Positions 11,050 to 24,661 of a DNA stretch of 64,000 bases are shown here, piece by piece. Under the pieces are notes generated by a model, which was not told where the DNA came from, made no database searches, and saw only the letters and a list, made by a program, of their open reading frames with translations. Each line of letters opens with the position of its first letter. The stretch's first letter is position 1. The position numbers and the translations under genes were made by a program. The DNA is from Octopus sinensis (lineage: Eukaryota), in the NCBI RefSeq assembly GCF_006345805.1, contig NC_043022.1:21948001-22012000 (forward strand), written 5' to 3'.

Positions 11050-12590
11050 ATTCACCCGGGGTGGGTTGAGCTGGCTTCATTCATCCTCAATGCTGCATCT
11101 CTCACAAATGCCGACCAGGCCTGGCGATTTGAGGCTAATGACCGTGTGATCTCCAACCACTCCTTATTCCAGCGGCGAACACCATAGATATGGGGGCCTA
11201 GGATGGGTTCCAGATCAGCTAGGTTTCTCGTTGTCCACCACATCGCTTTCGCCAACCCTGATTGGTTGGATCGTTCAGCAATCTTATCATTCTCATTCAA
11301 TATCCATGTTTTACAGCCATGCAATATCACACTTCATGCATGAACATCATACAATCTGCCCTTTATTTGCATAGAAAATGCCTTTGAAAGCAGCAGTAAT
11401 AGCTCTTTGAACTTTTCCCACCTTTCTTACACTTTTACAACACTCACTTCCAGTATTGTTTAGGCCACCAAAGTAACACCAGCTGCGAAATATCTTTAAA
11501 GTAACCTTCTGAGCATTTGAACTAGCAGACACTCTCTCTGCTAGTTACTCCTTTCCATCTACTGCATATAATGTCTCTTTTCTCTGTAAACCTGTTTGTG
11601 GAGTTGTTGCATCTCTTGTGCATCCACAGTTTACATTAGGTACACAATATAGAAGTCCTACCTACATATTTTCTACAAATAGAACGTGGACCCCCACCTA
11701 TCAATGACAGTTGAGATTTGTATTCTTTTCTAACACAATTATCTTTGTTAGGATTAGAAGAATGCTTGCTATTTTCTTTCTAGACTTCACATATCCTCAA
11801 AATCTAGTATTCATATTTTGTTATCAGTGGCATAGAATGAGTTTTGGCTGCTCTGTGTGGTAGCCAAATTGGCCATCTTCTTCCTTAAATGTAACATACC
11901 TTTGACTACAACAAACACACATATATAATGTAGTAGACCTATTTCTTTACTACCCACAAGGGGCTAAACACAGAGAGGACAAACAAACGGATTAAGTCGA
12001 TTATATCGACCCCAGTGTGTAACTGGTACTTATTTAATCGACCCCAAAAGGATGAAAGGCAAAGTCGACCTCGATAAATTAAGTACCAGTTACGCACTGG
12101 GGTCGATATAATCGACTTAATCCATTTGTCTGTCCTTGTTTGTCCTCTCTGTGTTTAGCCCCTTGTGGGTAGTAAAGAAATATATTTCTATTGAACCTTT
12201 TAAGCAATTGGGCCCTCATTTCTTAGGTGCTTTTACTGCCAATGATAGCCAATTTTGAATTCCTCACTTGAAGAGCTATAAGAGCCTGGAATAGACTAAG
12301 AACAAAGGACTAATGGATTCCTACATGCATTGAGCTTGTTGCTACCAGTGTGCTGGTTTTCACCGATTAAAGAATACTATATGCTGTTGAAAGTCTTCTC
12401 TAAGTCAACAAATACTAAATATAGCAGTTTTTTTTTCTTGACTAAAAAGTTGGCATCAGTGGTCCCACATCCTGGCACAAACCCAAACAGCATCTCATTT
12501 AAGCTTGCTCTCTCCCTGATTAGTTTTGCTATAACTTGCTCCACCACTTTTATGATTTGGTCCATCAGTTTAATGCCCTCGTAGTAACCA
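11050..12590 (-). mobile_element. Fragmented RTE-clade LINE(s)
   Basis: RT remnants FGFVPGCGTTDA...LVFVDLEKTF, CKLWMHKRC, ILHGCKTW, SNRQAWSAFV; interrupted by the inverted S2 dimer. Confidence 0.8.
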
Positions 12591-13355
12591 CATTCGAGCG
12601 TGATCGTTACCAACGTCACTTCACTGGCACCTGTGCCGGTGGCACGTGTAAAAAGATTCGAGCGAGGTCATTGCCAGTACCACCTGACTGGCCCCCGTAA
12701 AAAGCACCCGCAACACTCTCGGAGTGGTTGGCGTTAGGAAGGGCATCCAGCTGTAGAAACTCTGCCAAGTCAGACTGGAGTCTGATGCAGCCATCTGGTT
12801 TGCCAGACCTCAATCAAATCGTCCAACTCATGCTAGCATGGAAAGCGGACGTTAAACGATGATGATGATGATGATGATATACATACACACACACACACAT
12901 ACTTATTCAAACTCCATATCAAACACTTCCCCTAATCCACTGGAACATCAACAATCAGAAGTAGTAAGGACACCTCCCTTAAATAATATCCAACCAAGGA
13001 ACGATACTGCATTAAGAAGTCCAAGATATACTGTGTTGAACAAAAAATAAAATGAGATGGTCATGGTTGGAATAGTTGGCTCATAGATCACCTCAACCAG
13101 GGCTCACATGAAATGAAAGCAGGAAGTGGTTCCTGCAAGGACCATGGGGCTTATATAACAATGATTTCTGATTTAGACATAAGGCCCTCAGTTTTAAAGG
13201 GAGGGAGATTGGTTGGTATCATCAATCCCAGTACTAGACTGGCACTTTATCTTATCAACCCCAGAGGATGAAAAGCAAAGTTGATCTCAGATTTGAATGT
13301 AAAGAACCAGAATAACTATCATAAAGCCATTTTTTTTATGCTCTAGTGATTCTGC

Positions 13356-13392
<37 letters not shown>

Positions 13393-13471
13393 TATTTCTT
13401 TACTACCCACAAGGGGCTAAACACAGAGGGAGCAAACAAGGACAGACAAACGGATTAAGTCGATTACATCA

Positions 13472-13695
13472 ACCCCAGTGCGTAACTGGTACTTAATTTA
13501 TCGACCCTAGTGCGTAACTGGTACTTAATTTATCGACCCTAGTGCGTAACTGGTACTTAATTTATCAACCCTAGTGCGTAACTGGTACTTAATTTATCGA
13601 CCCTAGTGCGTAACTGGTACTTAATTTATCAACCCTAGTGCGTAACTGGTACTTAATTTATCGACCCTAGTGCGTAACTGGTACTTAATTTATCG
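13472..13695. repeat. Seven tandem copies of a 32-bp unit inside an S2 SINE
   Basis: ACCCTAGTGCGTAACTGGTACTTAATTTATCG with period 32 and no spacers. Confidence 0.95.
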
Positions 13696-13904
13696 ATCCC
13701 GAAAGGATGAAAGACAAAGTCGACCTCAGCAGAATTTGAACCCAGAACGTAACGGCAGACGAAATACAGCTATGCATTTCGCCCGGTGTGCAAACGTTTC
13801 TGCCAGCGCAATGTGATTGTAATAGATTGTTCATTGGTTTGAATGCCTGCCAAAATGTGAAATAAAGAAATACAAAAATACGAATGAGGGAATCCTGCAG
13901 TCTC

Positions 13905-14145
13905 TCTACATGATAGTGTCGATTATCATTGGGTCCTTTGGGGACAGTGTCAGAAGGAATCAAGAGGAATATAAAGGAAATCGGAATAGAGTGCCCAGTG
14001 GAAAATTAACACAAAAAGTTTTCCTTAGCACAGCCAGAATAGTCAGGAAAGTATTAGATGAAGAGAACAGATAGCATGGTACCGTAGGCTGCAGGCAGCA
14101 AGCCTGCTATGCATGCAAGACTCCAGGAATTCCAACAGAACCTGT
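13905..14145 (+). mobile_element. R4/Dong-like (RLE endonuclease) LINE 3' fragment
   Basis: IIIGSFG.V...TQKVFLSTARIVRKVL C-terminal motif; a second RLE relic at ~14610-14880 (frameshifted P/DIIVKD...ALKEMQKLSEYKD). Confidence 0.7.
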
Positions 14146-14318
14146 GTTTGTTTCAGTCATTTGACTGCAGCCATGCTGGAGCACCGCCTTTAGTCAAGCA
14201 AATCGACTCTGGGACTTATTCTTTGTAGGCCTAGTACTTACTCTATCGGTCTCTTTTGACGAACCGCTAAGTGACGGGGACATAAACATACCAGCAATGG
14301 TAGGGGGACAAACACACA

Positions 14319-14355
<37 letters not shown>

Positions 14356-15042
14356 GACGGGCTTCTTTGAGTTTCCGTCTACCATATCCACTCACAAAGC
14401 TTTGGTTGGCCCGAGGCTATTGTAGAAGACACTTGCCCAAGATGCCATGCAGTGGGACAGAACCCGGAACCAAGTGGTTGGTAAGCAAGCTACTTACCAC
14501 ATAGCCACTCCTGCACTCCACTAAGCATTTTGCCTAAAATTCTAATCATATTAATAATAATTTCTAGCACAGATTCATGCTGATCAATACAGACAGTGAA
14601 AGTAAAGCAAATTTCCGAGATATTATTGTGAAAGACATTGAAGGACGGAAATGTGCCCTAACTAATGAAATGTCAAATTTGAATGGATGATATAGCACTA
14701 AAAGAAATGCAGAAATTATCTGAATATAAAGATAGAAATCTGATATAAAGATGGAAACAGAATGTGAGGAACTGTCAACAAAAACAAACCCTAAAATAAC
14801 AGGTTCTTTAGAAAAAAAAATATAATCAACATCTCAGAAATTAGAAATATACATAGACAATATCACAAGTAGGTACTCACTTAAAACATAGCATGCTCCA
14901 GGGTTTATACACATGCAAAACAATTACACATTGCACACATAATGCATAGGGCAACGCATGACATACACAGACATGTTGCATAGTGTACCCTTGGACTTAT
15001 ACATAACACAGACAATAACAATTAGATACTGCACAAGTATTG

Positions 15043-15468
15043 GGATCTTTTCGGTTTGAATGGCAGTTTTTTCTAGCGGTGTCATATGAAATTGTCACCC
15101 ATAATTATGACCCTAGTATCGATCTATTGCATTTCAATCTGTTTTAGGGTTAGGGTTAGTTAGGGTTAGGGGTGGGGGAAGGGTATCTTTTTTTCTTCAG
15201 AAATGTAAATAAACCCAATCTGTTTCTTAAACGAGGGACATATTCATACGGCACAGAATGTTTTCACCTCAATAGATGTCATTGATTCGTTGAAATTGCA
15301 GAAATTGAAGAAAAAACAACAACAAATATCTTACAAACCATAGAATTTTCTCAATAAAGCCAAGAGAAAAAGATGTTTTATAAACACATTCTACCAGTAT
15401 ACGAAGTTTAAAAGTGTTTAGTTACCTAGAAATTATGTTAAAAATTGCCGTTCAAACCGAAAAGATCC
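15043..15468. mobile_element. MITE with ~27-bp TIRs and 8-bp TSD
   Basis: TIR GGATCTTTTCGGTTTGAA(T/C)GGCA; AAGTATTG at 15035-15042 and 15469-15476; internal TTAGGG repeats at 15144-15172. Confidence 0.9.
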
Positions 15469-16194
15469 AAGTATTGCATGGGGTGTGCTGGGACTTACAC
15501 CAATATATAACACAGAAATTAACAAAATAGATACATCATCATCGTTTAACGTCCGTTCTCCATACTAGCATGGGTTGGACGGTTCGACCGGGGTTCTGGG
15601 AAGCCAGAAGGCTGCACCAGGCTCCAGTCTAATCTGGCAATGTTTCTACAGCTGGATGCCCTTCCTAACGCCAACCACTCCGTGAGATACAATACACACA
15701 TATTAAATAGGGTACTGTGAATACAATACAAAAAAAAAAAGAAAGAAAAACAAAACACTGCAAGTACCCAAGGTACATGGGACTGTGAATAATAATGAAA
15801 TGAAATTATTGTATACAGTGCTCAGGTGTACACAACAACAAAATTACTGAATAATTTCTAATGTAGATGCAAATCTAGCATTTTTTTTGAGGAGAGTTAG
15901 TAAATTTTATTGACCTCAAAAGGCTGACAGGATTTGAACTTGGAATATAAAGAACCAGAAACCAACAGCAACAAAGGTAAGAAAACACAAATTTTAGGGG
16001 TTAGTGAGAGCGCTCCATTAAGTTGGCCCTGGAGGGAATTAAAGGGACTTGGATGTAACTTACTGAAAATCATTATGTATTACCAATTAATAAAAAAATA
16101 CAAAAGAAAAACAAAATAAAAAGAATGGGCCCAAATTTAACTTCATCTTTTAAATTAGCCAGGTTAGATTAGAACCAGGAAGCATTTTCCTTAC

Positions 16195-16293
16195 CTCTTT
16201 ATCATCTTTGCCACCAGACTCACTGAGATCTGCCAGTTCACGCTCCAGTCGTTCAATCTTCTCATTGCTCAGCTCATTGTCCATCTTCAGCTT
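16195..16293 (-). CDS. MYO18A: Myosin-XVIII exon H (33 aa)
   Basis: ttgcAG acceptor, GAG|GTAAGG donor, 99 nt, phase 0-0; KLKMDNELSNEKIERLERELADLSESGGKDDKE. Confidence 0.9.
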
Positions 16294-17405
16294 CTGCAAA
16301 AAGATGACAAGTTCAAATCTCAGTTAAGTCTTCTGTTTCTTAAGGGCCGCACAGCAACTCAAGAGAAAACGAAGACATTTACTATAGCTGTGAACATTCT
16401 GGAAAAAGAAAGTGCTTATGTGTGTGTGTGTCTGTGTGTGTTTAAGCGAGGAAATAAACAAGAGAATCTAAAGTACAAAATTTACCAAAAAAAAACACAG
16501 TAAAAAATAAAATAAATAAAATCAGATGAAAAAAAAAAGGAAATAAGATGAAATAAGAAACAAAATAATGAAAATGTAGAAAAAAAAAGGAAAAAGAAAA
16601 AGAAGTTAGTTAAAGTAATAGTTGTTGTTGTTGTCGTCTCACCTGGTTTCCAGTCATGATTAGATGGTGAGCTGGGGGGTAAAAAAGACACTACTACAAT
16701 GGTAAATTGCTTCCTTCATTAGCAACAGAATGGAGCAGAGCAGTGTAGTGTAGTGTAGGCTACAGTACTACCAGTGTCTTGTAGAACCCAGTATAGTAGT
16801 AGTAGTAGTAGTGCTATGTAGAGAAGTATGAAGAACCCATGAGAGGATCTAGGAGTTGGACATGAACTACCAAGAGAAAATAGTTACATACGACTGTGCT
16901 GTGTGTTACGAAAAAAGCATTGAGTTTAGTTACCACTACCACTAGTGTCTGTTGTATAGGTGGTTGTGGTGATGGTGTGGTGGTGGTGGTAGTCGGAGGT
17001 TATAGCAATGGTAGCAGTAACAGTAATTTAGTTGCGGGGTGGCGAGGGCGATGTGAGAAAACTAACAGTAGAATTAGTGGTGGAAAGGCTTGTGGTGATA
17101 GTAGTAGTGTTGGTGGTAGTAATAGTAATAGTAGTAGTGGTGGTGGTGGTGGCAGTGGTGTTGGTTGTAACAATGGTATGGTGTGGCAGATGAGGTGGAA
17201 ATAAAAGCAGCAGCAGTAGCAGCAACAGTAGTAATGGTAGTGGTAGTGGTGGTGGTGGTGAGCTGGTGGCAGATTGTATGAGAGAGTGGTGGTGGTGGTG
17301 GGGGCGATGGCAGAAGATTATCTGTTTGACACACTGGCATATACACGCTGACATATACATACTCTTATGAGTGTATGTGTGTGCATATGTCAGTTTGTAT
17401 GTGTG

Positions 17406-17483
<78 letters not shown>

Positions 17484-18439
17484 ATATATGTTTGTTCATT
17501 TTTTTCTTTTCACTTACTATACATCTTTTCAATAATTAAGTAATGGAACACAATGCACCCTGGCTTATATATATATATATAAATATATATATATAAATAT
17601 ATATATATATTTATACATACACACTGACATATGCACACAGACACATACATACATACATACATATATACTCATATAATACACAGTACCTAAAATCTAAAAA
17701 CACATATGCTCACAAACCAATGAAGGAACCTATATGTGGTTGTTTGAACTACTAGAAATAGCAACCAAATCTTCCTCAAATTACACAAATTACACCCCAC
17801 TGTTAAAAAAAGAAAAGAGACCGTAAATGATCCAGTCCTAGATATTGTGGGATTGAAAACTGAAAAAAACTGGGTAGTTATTTCTGGAATGACTTCTGAT
17901 CATAAACCTGATGGATCAGAGTTGGCCTAGGGTTAATCAACAACATTTCATCAGTAATGACAAGTTCAGCCTCAAGTTGATGAGAAACTAAATTGTGGTG
18001 GTGGTGGTGGTGATGGTAGTAGTAGCAGTGGTGTTGTGGGTGTGGTCGTCTTTGGCCCCAGGGTCACTTCTGATCAAGCAGGCCTAAGATCAAAGGCATT
18101 CCAACCTTGAGAATCTTGTCTTTGTATCTCTGGGATTAAATTAAATTGTCTTTTTCAGTAAGGGAGAGATTTAAAAAAAAAACATGACTGCTATTTCTAT
18201 TAGGTTGAGGCTGATAGAATGTGGACCAGAGAACAATGTTGGCAAACGATGTGGAGATTTGTTGAATTCTCCTGTCTTCATCTTGGGCCAGACCTCAGTG
18301 ATTATGGACCTACACCTGTTCCATACACACTTTAGCACATTATTAGGTTAGTCTTTCTGCTGCCAGTTTGTAAGGCCTTTGTAAGGCCTTTGAATACCTT
18401 GTAAGGCCTTTGAATACCTTGTAAGGCCTTTGAATACCT

Positions 18440-18870
18440 TATCTCTCTCTCTTTCTTCCTGAGAAACCTTATTAACTGATCAAGGCTTTGTCTTTTCATA
18501 TGATGTCCAATCAACTTGGCCTGCTGCTCCTTACTGCTTCACCATTTAAACCGGTCATCATCATCATATAGCTTACACCTGAAGCACATTGATGACTCTA
18601 CAGCAAAAGTCTTCCTGATAAAGCTAAGTTCTCCAGCTGCCTTGCTACTCTTGTCCAACCAGCTCTTGATATTGGCCATGTATTGTGTCCTTTGCCTGCC
18701 TCTTGATCTACTGCCCTCTACTCTTCCTTCCATGAGAATGTTTCCCAAACCTCTGCTTCTTTGAATATGGCCATAATAGAGGAGCTTTTATTCTTTCATA
18801 ATCTTCAGAAGTTGTCACATACTTGTAACAGCCATTCATTTGTCCAATGAAGCTGGCCATATCTGGCTCA
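18440..18870 (-). mobile_element. RTE-clade LINE 3' fragment
   Basis: YGHI...ILMEGRVEGSRSRGRQRTQYM motif followed by a GAT tail; adjacent 20-bp tandem at 18368-18440. Confidence 0.75.
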
Positions 18871-18934
18871 AATGGTCTATTGTAATGTCAGATCCAATCT
18901 CTCAGACTCACCTATAAAAATAATAAACGCACCC

Positions 18935-19146
18935 TTTTTAAAGCCTAGCCAGGCTCATGGGCCCGGTTTCCCAGTTTCTATGGCTTATGTGTTTCCTAGC
19001 TGGACGGGGTGCCAGTCCATCGCAGCGTTACTCATTTTTGCCAGCTGAGTGGACTGGAGCAATGCTCAAGAACACAATGCGTCACCCGGTCCAGGAATCA
19101 AAACCACAATCTTACAATCATGGAGCTAACACCCTAACCACTAAGG
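18935..19146 (-). mobile_element. tRNA-derived SINE family S3 (CORE + V-like domain)
   Basis: Sense GCGATGGACTGGCACCCCGTCCAGC; homologous to 49879-50184(+) and 57899-58145(+); head-only copy at 38082-38160(-). Confidence 0.7.
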
Positions 19147-19679
19147 TTAAGGCTCATTGCAGTGGGCATAGATGAAACAGGAAGTCACAAGCTAAGAACT
19201 GGTTCCTGCTGGTTGTAAGATCAAACACCCTGGAAAGTTAACGGTCAATATAGGGGGTATAGACGACAGGCATTTGTCAAAGCAGTAGTAGACTGATAAA
19301 AAAATGGACACAAATGGACCTAGTGTCAATGGTGAACTCAGGAAAAGTGGCGATAATAGAAACATTTAGAAATTAATGTCCACAAAAAGCTGTAGAGATG
19401 GTAAAGATGGTGGTAGGAGTGTTAGAGGTGATGATGATGATGGTGAAGGTAGTAGTGGTGATGAGGAAGGTAATGATAGTGGAGGCAGTAGTAGCGATAG
19501 TGGTGACAGTGATTATGGTGGTGGAGGTGGTGGTGTTGGAGGTGACAGTCATGGTGGAGGAAACAGAGGTGATGTTGGCTGTTGTTATGTGTAAGCCAAA
19601 GTCTACCAGTCATTCTTGCTGTTCACTCAAGTGATAAACTGAACCACTGACTAACTTAATCTCTGTCATCAGCTCTCTC

Positions 19680-19703
19680 TCTCTCTATTATACATGTGTG
19701 TGC

Positions 19704-19756
<53 letters not shown>

Positions 19757-19777
19757 ACATACATACATACATACATA

Positions 19778-19810
<33 letters not shown>

Positions 19811-19944
19811 CATATATATAATATATATACATATATTATATATATATATACATATACATATACATATACATATATGTATATATATATATACATATATATA
19901 TACATATACATATATATAATATATATATACATATATATATATAC

Positions 19945-19977
<33 letters not shown>

Positions 19978-20018
19978 CATACATATATATATATAATACA
20001 TATATATATATACATATA

Positions 20019-20088
<70 letters not shown>

Positions 20089-20105
20089 CATACATATATA
20101 TATAT

Positions 20106-20136
<31 letters not shown>

Positions 20137-20252
20137 AATATATATACACACACACACATACATACATACATATATATTCATGCGCATATAAATATATACA
20201 GACATGTACATATATATACACAAATATAAGCATATACACACACATATATATA
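19680..20252. repeat. Compound (TA)n/(TACA)n microsatellite
   Basis: About 570 bp of TA/CA alternation. Confidence 0.98.
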
Positions 20253-21257
20253 CAGTGTTTATGCTAATTTTAACGATTTTTTTTAATGTCTCCTTTTTTA
20301 TCAGGAACAGCTTGAAGTATCAGTGAACGGGCAACGGCATTGGAGAGAATACAGATTGAAGTTGTAGGACTGGAAGCTATCTGAATATTGGCAAAGAGTG
20401 AGCACTGTAAAAGCTGGAAGAGGTAACATGGACAGTTGCAGCAGAAACTACGAAGCTGTACCGAGCAGGACAGGACACAGCAGGTATTCTGACTGCACCA
20501 GGCTCCAGTCTGATCTGGCAGTGTTTCTACAGCTGGATGCCCTTCCTAACGCCAACCACTCCGTGAGTGTAGTGGGTGCTTTTTACACGCCACCGGCACA
20601 GGTGCCAGGCAAGGCTGGCAACGGCCGCGATCGGATTGGTGCTTTTTATGTGCCACCAGCACAGAAGCCAGTCAAGGCAGCGCTGGCATAGCAATATTAT
20701 ATCTGTATATCATGATGTTGCCTATAAAGATAGGTATAGACATGTTCCAGAAAACAGCGATAACAGACTTTAAATATTAACTATGGAATTAAGGAGATTA
20801 TGGTAACTATCACAATCTCACGGATCTGATGATCAATGAAAGGTACGGGCACAACTGTGTGGTCTTGTGGGTGTGTAATGCATAGCCACCCAAACTCATC
20901 ACCCTTTATTGTTCGTCTTCCATGCTGGTATGTGTTGGACAAATTTACGGGATCTGACAAACTGGTGGACTGCACCAAGCTCAAATTTCTGCTGTGGCAT
21001 GATTTCAATGGCATTTCCTAAGCCAACAAATTTACAGTGTACTGGGTGCTTTTTTCATGGGTATATAGAATTACCCGAAGTGTACACACATATGGGTATG
21101 TAGAATTATTCATGGTGTACGAAGAGTATATTGTTACTTATACTATAGCAAAGTTTGTAGGTATATAGTGTATTAAAGTTATCTACTCATATTACAGATA
21201 TGGCTATGGGCTTATTAAAGGTAGTTTAGCATATATGCTCTTGAAGTTGATTGATGT

Positions 21258-21318
<61 letters not shown>

Positions 21319-23199
21319 TGTGTGTGTGTGCATGTGTGTAAAGAATAGTCACTTAAAAATTATGAGGTCCCAGATGAAATCTCACTGTATGGCATCTTGA
21401 GCAAGTGTCTTTTAAACAGGGATTCTGGTTGATCTAAGCTTTGTTGGTGAAACGGGGTCAAGGGAAACTGTGCAGAAACCTGCCACATAGACTCTAACCG
21501 TAATCTGAAGGGTTGGTCCAGTCAAATACTGTGTCATGCTGATTCTGTGTGAGAATTAATATAAAGGGTACGTATGTCTGTGGGATACACAGCTGCTTAC
21601 ATTAGAATACAAGAGGGAGGATGTCTGTAATTCAAAGAACTAACCTTGTCACACAATGAATGCTTCTGAGGATGATATTATGCTATGTTTCTGTGGAATA
21701 CTGAGTTATTTACATGTTGATACAATGAGAATGGATTTCAGTTGATTGAACTGTTTGCAATAGTATCTGTGAAGCCAATGAAGAATTTCAGGTGTGTGTA
21801 TGTGAGAGAGAGAGAGAGAGAGAAGAATTACAGAATTACTATACACAAACATGCAATTCATGTGTTAGTTTGTGTATGGTGTGTGTATATCTATGTGTGG
21901 GGGAAATTTTAGCTAGGTTAGGTAAGTATGTGTGCATGTATGTATGTATGTATGTATGTGTGTGTGTACATATACAAACAAATGTGACATGTAAATTGAC
22001 AGTCATCTCCAGATTTACCAAATTCACCAAACTGTGAGAGAGAGAGGGGGGAGAGAAAAAGAGAGAGGGAGAGAGAGAGGAAGAGAGAGAGAGAGAGAGG
22101 ATAAGAGAGATTTTATTCACCAAGCTGTGAGAGAGAGAAAGAGAGGATAAGAAAGATTTTAAGATTACAGTTCTACTCTTTTGTATTCTAATCACAGAGC
22201 AATCATTAATTAGCGCTGTGAGAAATTAGTCTTAACCAACAGTTTCCTATTAGCTAATTTCAATGAAAATGAACAACCAAGACAACCAAATGTCCAACCA
22301 ATGACACTTTTGGTGCCAATGTGTGAGACAATGATAAGATAAAATCCGAAATCAAAGAATAATTGTCCACCAAGCTATTGCGTCAATGAAGGCCTTATCG
22401 CTCTTTCTCTATCCGACTTCTCCTTCCTCTCTTTGATATGATAGTACATAGGTTTATATTTGGCTAAAGAGAAGCATGAATGGAATCAGCTGAGCCATGT
22501 TATGTTAAGATACAAGTGGGTGGGTGGGTGGTATTAAGCAGAATGAAAGAGAGTCTCTTAACCCTCCACTGAGCTGAGTAAATAATTCCATAACGAAGAT
22601 AGCCAAATTAATCGTCGTGTTTGAAACATAACAGAAAGGCTTTCCCATGAAATTTTGATGGAATGTTTTAATTTGAATATGAATATTTTACAAAGAGGAA
22701 CTGTTGCTTCATAAATTCATAAAATTAAGAGGTGGTGGTCTCAGGTGGGTTGGTATGGAAAGAAGTACTGAGAGACTGTATAACGATGTGGATAAACTTA
22801 TATGATGAAAATAGTGAGAGTCTGTAACATTGGCAACAATACTTTTTTACTTGTTTCAGTCATTTGACTGTGGCCATGCTGGAGCACCGCCTTTAGTCGA
22901 GCAACCCAGGACTTATTCTTTGGAAGCTTAGTACTTAATCTATCAATCTCTTTTGCTGAACCGCTAAGTTACGCGGACACCAGCATCGATAACTTCAGTG
23001 TCAAATGTGTGTGTATACACATATACACACACATATATACACACATTAGGAAGAGAGAGAGAGAGAGAGAGTGTAAGATGGACACATAAACAGCAGACAG
23101 ACTGACTGAGCTAGCAGTACAAAGTTAAAACTAACAATGGCATATTTACAATATTGTGTGAGTTTTAGAAACTCACAAATAGACACAAATGCAGCTTAC

Positions 23200-23323
23200 A
23201 CTATTGGCTTGTTCCATAGAATACTTAAGGGCCTGGAGTTCTTCCTTTTCCCTCAGTAGCTTTTCTCTGAGAGATCGCTCTTCACGACACTCTTGCTGGG
23301 ACATGTTTAGTTCACTGTCAAAC
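23200..23323 (-). CDS. MYO18A: Myosin-XVIII exon G (124 nt)
   Basis: tctAG acceptor, AGT|GTAAGC donor, phase 2-0; (R)FDSELNMSQQECREERSLREKLLREKEELQALKYSMEQANS (cf. [27 protein letters not shown]). Confidence 0.95.
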
Positions 23324-23801
23324 CTAGATAGAGGAAGAAACATACACACACATATATATATATATATAAATATACAGGAGTAAAAAATTGCACAGAAGGA
23401 TGATAAAGGAACCCATGGAAAAATCACATACAAGACAAGAACGCACTTATCCCTTACATGTTACAATATATATATACCGGAGTAAACACATAAATGTGAA
23501 ACAAGGTGGAAAAAAGAGTACTCAAATACCATATATATATATATAATATAAATAATATATAATTATATGCATATATACATATATATATGTATATACCTAC
23601 ATATATATGTATATATACATGCATATATGGGTACAGGACATAAAAAAAAATGTGGACACAATGAGGAATGAAAACATAAAAACAAAAACATAGAAAATGA
23701 ACTTTTTTTTCGAACAAAGAAAAAGACAGAGAACCAAAACATGCAACATAAAGAATATTCCCTTCATCAGTTGTCCCTGTTTCATCTCTGCATTTCAAAG
23801 G

Positions 23802-23850
<49 letters not shown>

Positions 23851-24044
23851 ACACAAGGAAACAGAAATTTTTTTGGTATTATTCATTCTCCATTACGTGT
23901 TTCATTTTCTAGTAGGAATTACAAAGATGTTAGAGAGACATGTAAGGAATTTACTATTGGGTTGTTCAGAAAGTTTGTGCTTGATTATTAAAGGAAAGGA
24001 AAAGGTCAATAAATACTTGCCATTACATTTTTAATCAACCAAAT

Positions 24045-24388
24045 ATGAACCATCTGGCCACTTAACTTCCCAAACTACAAGCCCCTTGATTATTATGTGT
24101 GGGGCACAGTTGAGTAGAGACCAAAAAAACTCTTTGTAACACCAAAGATGAACTGAAGGCAAGGATTATGGCAACATTCACCAACTTATACAAGGAGACT
24201 GTCCAGAAGAGTTGCAGGAGATTCTGAAGTCGTTGGGAGGCCATGGTTGAAGCCAATGGTGATTTCATTGAATGAATTTACTCTTTACTATTTCAAGATA
24301 TTTTTATGTAATTTTGGTAAATATATCTGTTAAAATGAGATGCCAGTGATATTCTCATTTTTGTGTAATTTAGACACTGCACCCTGTA
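24045..24388 (+). mobile_element. Tc1/mariner DD37D(maT)-like transposon 3' end
   Basis: IWPLNFPNYKPLDYYVWGTVE...NTKDELKARI...SRWEAMVEANGDFIE*, ending CACCCTG-TA. Confidence 0.8.
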
Positions 24389-24661
24389 TATATATAATAA
24401 TATTAATAATATTATTATACACTCCAAGGAATCCTTACAGTCCTGAGTAGCACACATGGAATTACACAATGGAAAAATTCACCAAGTGACTAATAACTTA
24501 TTGTAGACACAAACGTTAGATACTGACTACTGTAGTTAGCTGACATCTGGACCCAAACTGTGACTAACACGGTATCTGCCTGGATAATATATCCCTCCTA
24601 ACTCACTTTATATACACACACACATACACACACACACATGCGTGCACACACACACACATAT

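Noticed and set aside
13472-13695. CRISPR array (also considered for 33473-33822 and 41093-42419)
   Set aside because: Head-to-tail repeats with no unique spacers, no cas genes, and a eukaryotic intronic context.
15144-15172. Telomere or interstitial telomeric fusion site
   Set aside because: Only about four imperfect TTAGGG units, lying inside a TIR/TSD-bounded MITE.
16896-19634. Gly/Ser/Asp/His-rich ORFs
   Set aside because: Translations of (GGT/GAT/AGT)n triplet repeats, with no splice or homology support.
23750-23800. Hammerhead at minus-strand CTGATGAAGGG
   Set aside because: No GAAAC downstream of a stem II and no NUH or stem I partner.
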